Positions 26,648-32,000 of a stretch of 32,000 bases of DNA are shown in pieces (within the stretch, counting starts at the first letter, position 1; the number at the start of each line of letters is the position of its first letter). The stretch lies in NCBI GenBank assembly GCA_000091165.1, contig FP565575.1, positions 1,200,001 through 1,232,000 on the forward strand, written 5' to 3'. This DNA is from Candidatus Methylomirabilis oxygeniifera (GTDB taxonomy: Bacteria; Methylomirabilota; Methylomirabilia; Methylomirabilales; Methylomirabilaceae). The notes beneath the pieces are model-generated. The model had not been told where the DNA came from, searched no databases, and was given only the letters and a program-made list of their open reading frames with translations. A program made the position numbers and the translations under genes.

Positions 26648-27631
26648 TCACCATCGGATGAGCGCCGATCCCCAGGTAAATCCGCCCCCGAAGGCCGTCA
26701 GCAACAACAGATCACCGCGCTTCAGTCGTCCCGCCCGGACGGCTTCGTCCATGGCGATAGGGATTGAGGCTGCGGAGGTATTACCATAGCGGTCAATGTT
26801 CATATAGATCCGCTCCCGCGGCAGGTCCAGTCGCTCGGCCACTGCATAGATAATTCGGGCGTTGGCCTGGTGAGAAATAAAAAGATCAACGTCGGAAACC
26901 TCTGCCCCATTGGCCTTGAGCGCAGCGATGGCGGCCTCTTCCATTGACCGGACCGCCGTCTTGAACACCTCATTTCCGTTGGGCATCCGAATCGTCACCA
27001 GCTTCTCATCGATGACCTTTTGGCTCGCAGGCTGGCGCGAGCCGCCCCCCGGAATGATCAGTTGCCTCCCCTTTGATCCGTCCGAATAGAGGTGCGTAGA
27101 GAGGATAGCCGGATCGGCAGTTGTCCGCTGAACCACCACCGCGCCCGCGCCATCGCCAAAGAGTACACAGGTGCCTCGATCACTCCAGTCCACGACCTTG
27201 GAAAGGGTATCCGCCCCTATCACCAGGATGTTTCGCATGACGCCGGCTCGCAGATAGGCGTCGGCGACAGAGAGGCCGTACACAAAGCCGGCGCACGCAG
27301 CCATCAGATCGAAGGCCGCCGCGCGTGACGCGCCAAGTCGCTCCTGCAACACGCACGCGGTAGAGGGAAAAAACATATCGGGGGTCACCGTGTTCACGAG
27401 GATCAGATCCAGGTCATGAGGGTCAACGCCGGAGGCCTCAAGGGCCTGTCGAGCCGCCCCCTCAGCGAGATCCGACGTTGCCTGGTCATCGGAGGCGATC
27501 CGCCGCTCCGATATCCCCGTTCGGGTGACAATCCACTCGTCACTTGTACTGACCATCTGCTCCAGTTCAGCATTGGTCAGCACTCGATCCGGAACTGAGG
27601 CCCCTGTGCCTGCGATTCTGCTGCCGTACAT
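26648..27631 (-). CDS. fabH: 3-oxoacyl-ACP synthase III
   Basis: Contains the catalytic Cys context AACAGFVYG, plus SHQAN and GNTSAASIP. The ORF-track start (27661) is TTG and overlaps plsX. ATG 27629-27631 gives MYGSRIAGTGASVPDRVLTN. Confidence 0.93.
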   Translation of the reverse strand: MYGSRIAGTGASVPDRVLTNAELEQMVSTSDEWIVTRTGISERRIASDDQATSDLAEGAARQALEASGVDPHDLDLILVNTVTPDMFFPSTACVLQERLGASRAAAFDLMAACAGFVYGLSVADAYLRAGVMRNILVIGADTLSKVVDWSDRGTCVLFGDGAGAVVVQRTTADPAILSTHLYSDGSKGRQLIIPGGGSRQPASQKVIDEKLVTIRMPNGNEVFKTAVRSMEEAAIAALKANGAEVSDVDLFISHQANARIIYAVAERLDLPRERIYMNIDRYGNTSAASIPIAMDEAVRAGRLKRGDLLLLTAFGGGFTWGSALIRW

Positions 27632-27647
27632 CACATGCGTCCTGTCG

Positions 27648-28646
27648 CTAACTGACGGCAATCCCTTCCGTGATATGCTCGATCACCCTGTTTTCTACAC
27701 ATCCTCCGGCGACTCGGATCGCATTCTTGATCGCCTTGGCGGTCGAGCGGCCGTGGCAGATGATGCAGACCCCTCGAACCCCAAGCAGTGGCGCGCCGCC
27801 GTACTCCGTATAATCAATCAGCTTCTTGAAGCGCTTAAATGCGCCCCTGGCCAATAAGGCGCCGACCATCCCCGCCAACCCTTTCCCCAGTTCCTCCTTG
27901 AGCAGGCGCGTAAAAAACTCCGCGGCGCCTTCAATGATCTTCAGGGCAACGTTACCGGTGAAGCCGTCGCACACAATGATATCGGCTGTTCCCGTGAGGA
28001 CCTCGCGGCCCTCGACGTTTCCAATGAAGTTGAGGGACTGCTCCTCTTCGAGCCCCTTGAAGGCCTCTCGAGTCAACTCGTTCCCCTTACTCTCCTCCTC
28101 ACCGATGCTCAGCAGGCCAACGGTAGGCGTTGGCTTCCCCATGATTTGCCGCGCATAGACATTCCCCATAATAGCAAACTGGAGGAGGTGTCGCGCCTTG
28201 CAATCGGCATTGGCGCCGACATCCAACAGGATCGACTGACCTTTCAGCGTTGGAATGATGAGAGCGATGGCGGGACGCTCTACGCCCGGAAGCGGACCCA
28301 AGGTAATCAGCGCCGTGGCCATCACCGCCCCCGTATTCCCGGCGCTGATAAAGGCATCGGCCTCCCCATTCTTGACGAGATCCAGGCCGACCCGGATGGA
28401 CGACTGCTTCTTCTTTCGCAAGGCGGCGGAAGGGGATTCTTGCATCCCGACCGTCTCCGGGGCGTGTCGGATCGCAATGCTCAGGCCCTTCGTGGCGTGC
28501 TGTTTCAGTGCCCGGCCAATTTCTTCTTCGTTCCCGACCAGCAAGACAGACAGGTCGAGTTCACGGGCGGCGGCTACGGCGCCCTCGACGGTAACCGTGG
28601 GACCACGGTCGCCACCCATCGCGTCAAGGGCTATACGGGTTCCCAT
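27648..28646 (-). CDS. plsX: Phosphate acyltransferase PlsX
   Basis: 332 aa, PlsX-like throughout (IALDAMGGD, SAGNTGA, GGAPLLG). The rpmF-plsX-fabH order is conserved. Confidence 0.95.
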   Translation of the reverse strand: MGTRIALDAMGGDRGPTVTVEGAVAAARELDLSVLLVGNEEEIGRALKQHATKGLSIAIRHAPETVGMQESPSAALRKKKQSSIRVGLDLVKNGEADAFISAGNTGAVMATALITLGPLPGVERPAIALIIPTLKGQSILLDVGANADCKARHLLQFAIMGNVYARQIMGKPTPTVGLLSIGEEESKGNELTREAFKGLEEEQSLNFIGNVEGREVLTGTADIIVCDGFTGNVALKIIEGAAEFFTRLLKEELGKGLAGMVGALLARGAFKRFKKLIDYTEYGGAPLLGVRGVCIICHGRSTAKAIKNAIRVAGGCVENRVIEHITEGIAVS

Positions 28647-28673
28647 ACCTGTGTGCCTATCGGGAACGGGAGG

Positions 28674-28856
28674 CTAGACCTCCTCCCGCTTCACAACCTC
28701 CCGACCACGATAATAGCCACAGGCGGGGCAAGCGCGATGGGGCAGCTTCCGCTCATGGCAGTTGGGGCACTCCGAGAGAGAAGGGGCGGTGAGGGCGTGA
28801 TGAGCGCGTCGTGTTCGCGACCGCGTATTACTGTGACGGCGTTTTGGAAGGGGCAT
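28674..28856 (-). CDS. rpmF: 50S ribosomal protein L32
   Basis: 60 aa starting MPLPKRRHSNTR, with a zinc ribbon CPNC...CPAC. Confidence 0.95.
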   Translation of the reverse strand: MPLPKRRHSNTRSRTRRAHHALTAPSLSECPNCHERKLPHRACPACGYYRGREVVKREEV

Positions 28857-28883
28857 CGTTCATCCTCCTGGATTTCGCGTGGG

Positions 28884-29393
28884 CTAGAGTAAATGTTGAA
28901 GGGGAGCCAGCCTTGGGTCGTCTTCCTGCACCTGGCATCCGCACGAGCTCTCGTTCAGATTGACCCCGCAATGCGGGCAAAGACCACGGCAGTCGGCCCG
29001 GCACAGGGGCTGCAGCGGCAAATTCAACAGGACATTCTCGCGCAACAGCCTGGTCACATCCAGGCGATCGTCTTGCATGGCGTCGACGTCCATCTCGGCG
29101 GCGCTGAGTTCAACCTCCTCGTCGCGAAAGGCTTCTCTGTCTTCCGTATACAGAATCGTAAACGAATCAGAGACGGGAACAGACACCGACTCTGAGCATC
29201 GGCTGCACGGCACGACTGCCGTTGTGGAGAATGTTCCACTCGCAAGGATGCCGTTGACCTCTCGCTCCAGACGAAGGGAGGCTTGGATCGGAGCAAGTGA
29301 CAGCCATAATCCCTCAACCCCCTCCCAGCAAGGTTCTTCACGTACTTCCAGATCTAACCCTTCTGGAGGAATCTGCGACCGCTCCACTACCAT
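28884..29393 (-). CDS. yceD: DUF177/YceD-family protein (large ribosomal RNA subunit accumulation protein)
   Basis: Lies upstream of rpmF as in many bacteria. It has the C-terminal Cys cluster CRADCRGLCPHCGVNLNESSCGC. The ORF-track start (29444) is TTG. ATG 29391-29393 is preceded by GGAG at 8 nt. Confidence 0.85.
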   Translation of the reverse strand: MVVERSQIPPEGLDLEVREEPCWEGVEGLWLSLAPIQASLRLEREVNGILASGTFSTTAVVPCSRCSESVSVPVSDSFTILYTEDREAFRDEEVELSAAEMDVDAMQDDRLDVTRLLRENVLLNLPLQPLCRADCRGLCPHCGVNLNESSCGCQVQEDDPRLAPLQHLL

Positions 29394-29483
29394 TGTAGAT
29401 GCTCCATCAAATTCGCATGTATGGTACAAGGCGAGGACTCTCAAGTCAAGGAATTTCCTGACGGGACAGCCCCCGCTTCACGG

Positions 29484-29930
29484 TTATTTCAACGGTGAGT
29501 CGTCTCTTCCAACTACAGGAACGATCTCCAATCGATTAAAAAAATAAGGGATTTCAACAGCGGCTGATGCCGCCGAGTCTGAGCCATGCACAACGTTCCT
29601 CTCGATGCTGTCGGCAAAGCTCCGTCGGACTGTTCCCTCGGCAGCCTTATGCGGATCGGTAGCGCCCATGAGCGTCCGAACACGCCCTATCGCCCCCTCC
29701 CCTTCCAGAATCATCGGTACGCATGGTCCGGAGCTCATAAAACGTGTGAGGCTCTCAAAGAACGGCTGATGTCGATGCACCTGATAGAAACCCTCCGCCT
29801 CTTTTTGCGCCAGCCACACCATCTTCAGCCCGCATACCACCAATCCCTCCGACTCAAAGCGCCGAACGATCTCGCCGATCAGACCCCTCGCCACAGCATC
29901 CGGCTTCACAATAACCAAGGTTTGTTCCAT
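29484..29930 (-). CDS. ndk: Nucleoside diphosphate kinase
   Basis: 148 aa with TLVIVKPDAV and the active-site NVVHGSD. Confidence 0.96.
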   Translation of the reverse strand: MEQTLVIVKPDAVARGLIGEIVRRFESEGLVVCGLKMVWLAQKEAEGFYQVHRHQPFFESLTRFMSSGPCVPMILEGEGAIGRVRTLMGATDPHKAAEGTVRRSFADSIERNVVHGSDSAASAAVEIPYFFNRLEIVPVVGRDDSPLK

Positions 29931-29954
29931 GTTGTCACTCCGTGATGATAAGGG

Positions 29955-29975
29955 CTGTCAGTTGTCTACTGTCAG
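29955..29975. repeat. Tandem heptanucleotide patch (3 units) spanning the sucD stop codon
   Basis: CTGTCAG TTGTCTA CTGTCAG (29955-29975). It has the same 7-nt period and ..TCAG unit end as the patches at 21100 and 23296. Confidence 0.35.
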
Positions 29976-30841
29976 CCGATGACTTTTTTTACAGCGGCTC
30001 CAATGTCTGCCGGGTTGTGCACTACAGCGATATCGGCACGCCGCAAGGCAGAGATCTTCTCTGTTGCTGTTCCTCTGCCACCCGAGATGATCGCCCCCGC
30101 ATGGCCCATACGTCGCTCGGGAGGGGCTGCCAGCCCGGCGACGTATGCGATGACCGGTTTCGTGACGTGCCGCTCAACGAAGGCCGCCGCCTCCTCTTCG
30201 GCAGTACCTCCGATCTCGCCGATCATCAGAATCGCCTCGGTCGCCCCATCGTTTTCGAAGAGCGCCAGGCAATCGACGAACGTGGTACCGATGATCGGAT
30301 CCCCACCGATTCCGATGCAGGTAGATTGGCCCAGACCCAGGCGCGTAAGCTGATTGACCGCCTCGTAGGTCAGCGTCCCGCTCCTTGAGATCACACCGAC
30401 CCTACCGGGTCTGTGGATCCGTCCCGGCATGATCCCCACCTTGGCTTGGTCCGGAGAGATGATCCCGGGGCAGTTCGGCCCAACCAGGCGGGTGTCAGAC
30501 CCGTGAAGTATACGGGCCACGCGCACCATATCCAAGATCGGAATCCCCTCCGTGATACACACGACCAGCGGAATCGCCGCATCGATCGCCTCGAGAATTG
30601 CGTCAGCGGCGAAGGCGGCAGGAACAAAGATCAAGGCGGTATTCGCATCCTCCTTCTCTACAGCCTCACGTACTGTATCAAAAACCGGAATCCCCTCGTG
30701 GGATATACCCCCCTTGCCGGGGGTCACGCCTGCGACTACGCGGGTCCCATACTCGCGACACGCCAAGGCGTGGAACGTGCCCTCCTTGCCGGTGATCCCC
30801 TGTACCACCACTCGTGTCTGTCGGTCTACCAGAATACTCAC
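29972..30841 (-). CDS. sucD: Succinyl-CoA synthetase alpha subunit
   Basis: 289 aa with a GTG start (30839-30841). It begins [21 protein letters not shown] and contains SRSGTLTYE and the phosphohistidine context MGHAGAII. Confidence 0.96.
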   Translation of the reverse strand: MSILVDRQTRVVVQGITGKEGTFHALACREYGTRVVAGVTPGKGGISHEGIPVFDTVREAVEKEDANTALIFVPAAFAADAILEAIDAAIPLVVCITEGIPILDMVRVARILHGSDTRLVGPNCPGIISPDQAKVGIMPGRIHRPGRVGVISRSGTLTYEAVNQLTRLGLGQSTCIGIGGDPIIGTTFVDCLALFENDGATEAILMIGEIGGTAEEEAAAFVERHVTKPVIAYVAGLAAPPERRMGHAGAIISGGRGTATEKISALRRADIAVVHNPADIGAAVKKVIG

Positions 30842-30849
30842 GCCATATC

Positions 30850-32000
30850 CTATACCCTGAACCCTATACCCTGTCCGGAGGCCTTCACGGCCTTCTCGGC
30901 CGCATCCTGCATCCCTTCTGCGGTGATGAAATTCAGACCGGACTCAGTAAGCATACGCGTACCATGGTCCACATTGGTCCCCTCCATCCGAACTACAATC
31001 GGCATTGTCACCCCGAGGGAGCGAACCGCACGAATCACGCCCTCTGCCAGCCGCTCACACCTCAGGATTCCCCCGAAGATGTTGATAAGGACCACACGTA
31101 CGGATCGGTCTGAGATCAGAATGCGAAACGCCTGTTCGATCTGTTCAGCACTGGCGCCGCCGCCGACATCCAGAAAGTTGGCCGGTTCACCGCCGACAAA
31201 TTTGACGAGATCCATGGTCGCCATCGCCAAGCCGGCTCCGTTGACCATACATCCTACAGTACCGTCGAGCTTGATATAGTTTAGTCCGAACTTGGACGCC
31301 TCTATCTCCAGCGGCAGCTCCTCGTCTGGATCACGGAGCGCCTTCAGATCGGCGTGGCGAAAAAGGGCGTTATCATCGACATTGAGCTTGGCATCCAGGG
31401 CCAACAAGCGACCATCGGTCGTGATCACCAGAGGATTGATCTCGACCAAAGAACAATCTTTCTCCTGAAACACTCGATACAAGGCCGAAAATAGACCGGT
31501 AGCGGTACGTTGAACCTGCTGCGGCAGCGCGAGCCTCAACACAAGGCGGCGAATATGGAAGGACTGAAGTTGAACGGCCGGATCGACGACGACTCTCGTG
31601 ATACTCTCCGGATCCTTCGCGGCCACTTCTTCGATCTCCATCCCGCCGATCGCGCCGGCCATCATCACGGGCCGTGCCGCCCTGCGATCCAGGACGATCC
31701 CGGCGTACAGCTCCCGGCTGACGGCGACTTGTTCCTCGACAAGGATTCTTTTGACCACCCTGCCTTCAGGGCCGGTCTGATGGGTGACCAGGCGGGAACC
31801 GATGAGCCGCTCCGCCAACTCTTCCGCCTCCTGCGGCGACGATGCCGACAGGATCCCGCCACCCTTGCCTCGGCCGCCCGCATGAATCTGGGCCTTCAGC
31901 ACCACAGCGCCGCCAAGCTGCTCGGCAACACGCGCCGCGTCAACGGGCGTCGTGACCGCCTCCCCTTTTGGAACGGGTACCTCGTACGCGCCAAGGATCG
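30850..32000 (-). CDS. sucC: Succinyl-CoA synthetase beta subunit, 5' end outside window
   Basis: The ORF-track entry (to 31905) starts at an internal GTG. The same frame stays open to nt 31998 and reads ..[48 protein letters not shown], a typical SucC N-terminal ATP-grasp region. About 10 codons are missing. Confidence 0.95.
   Translation of the reverse strand, partial: ILGAYEVPVPKGEAVTTPVDAARVAEQLGGAVVLKAQIHAGGRGKGGGILSASSPQEAEELAERLIGSRLVTHQTGPEGRVVKRILVEEQVAVSRELYAGIVLDRRAARPVMMAGAIGGMEIEEVAAKDPESITRVVVDPAVQLQSFHIRRLVLRLALPQQVQRTATGLFSALYRVFQEKDCSLVEINPLVITTDGRLLALDAKLNVDDNALFRHADLKALRDPDEELPLEIEASKFGLNYIKLDGTVGCMVNGAGLAMATMDLVKFVGGEPANFLDVGGGASAEQIEQAFRILISDRSVRVVLINIFGGILRCERLAEGVIRAVRSLGVTMPIVVRMEGTNVDHGTRMLTESGLNFITAEGMQDAAEKAVKASGQGIGFRV

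Noticed and set aside
1-32000. Scan for tRNA, rRNA, tmRNA, RNase P, SRP RNA, CRISPR arrays, integrases, transposases, toxin-antitoxin pairs and defence-system hallmarks.
   Set aside because: Non-coding gaps are few, and the only ones above 170 nt are 3168-3387, 10573-10861, 11975-12446, 17896-18079 and 22553-22726. None shows cloverleaf-type or known ncRNA signatures by eye. There are no direct-repeat/spacer arrays, and no ORF has recombinase, reverse-transcriptase or defence-type NTPase/nuclease motifs other than the lone Uma2 gene. A covariance-model scan would be needed to be certain.

Overview
This is a GC-rich, gene-dense stretch of bacterial chromosomal core. I recognise 35 protein-coding genes and no rRNA, tRNA, CRISPR array, transposase or integrase.

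Gene order, left to right:
- pilQ' (5' part only, runs off the left edge), then pilP, pilO, pilN and pilM on the minus strand, i.e. a pilMNOPQ type IV pilus operon.
- A complete trpEGDCFBA operon (minus), preceded by trxA.
- A LuxR/GerE-type regulator (minus).
- An unusually long (~470 nt), visibly less GC-rich gap.
- rnc-smc-ftsY (plus).
- ribD-ribE-ribBA-ribH-nusB (plus).
- A small accessory patch (minus): a secreted hypothetical protein and a Uma2/DUF820 nuclease.
- The yceD-rpmF-plsX-fabH-fabD-fabG-acpP-fabF lipid cluster (minus).
- ndk, then sucC'-sucD (minus); the sucC start lies beyond the right edge.

Reading the DNA shows that the ORF track renders GTG and TTG starts as M. I trimmed several ORF-track starts to conserved N-termini: trpA, trpC, fabF, fabH, yceD and the LuxR gene.

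I do not find a convincing new multi-gene system. Essentially every long ORF is a recognisable housekeeping gene. The points worth a second look are small-scale:
1. The fabD N-terminus is split over two frames exactly at a T-TTC-CCG heptamer.
2. A G/C-run palindromic (REP-like) element is translated as the C-terminal tail of TrpD, with two looser copies elsewhere.
3. Patches of tandem heptanucleotide repeats (nnnTCAG) occur at three intergenic sites. One forms a long hairpin plus T7 terminator inside the rib operon.
4. A dense cluster of GCGTA/TACGC motifs, including a perfect 16-bp palindrome, lies upstream of the LuxR-type gene.
5. rnc has no Shine-Dalgarno sequence and its ATG overlaps the stop of an upstream reading frame (ATGA).
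6. The PilQ signal peptide carries a lipobox-like motif.
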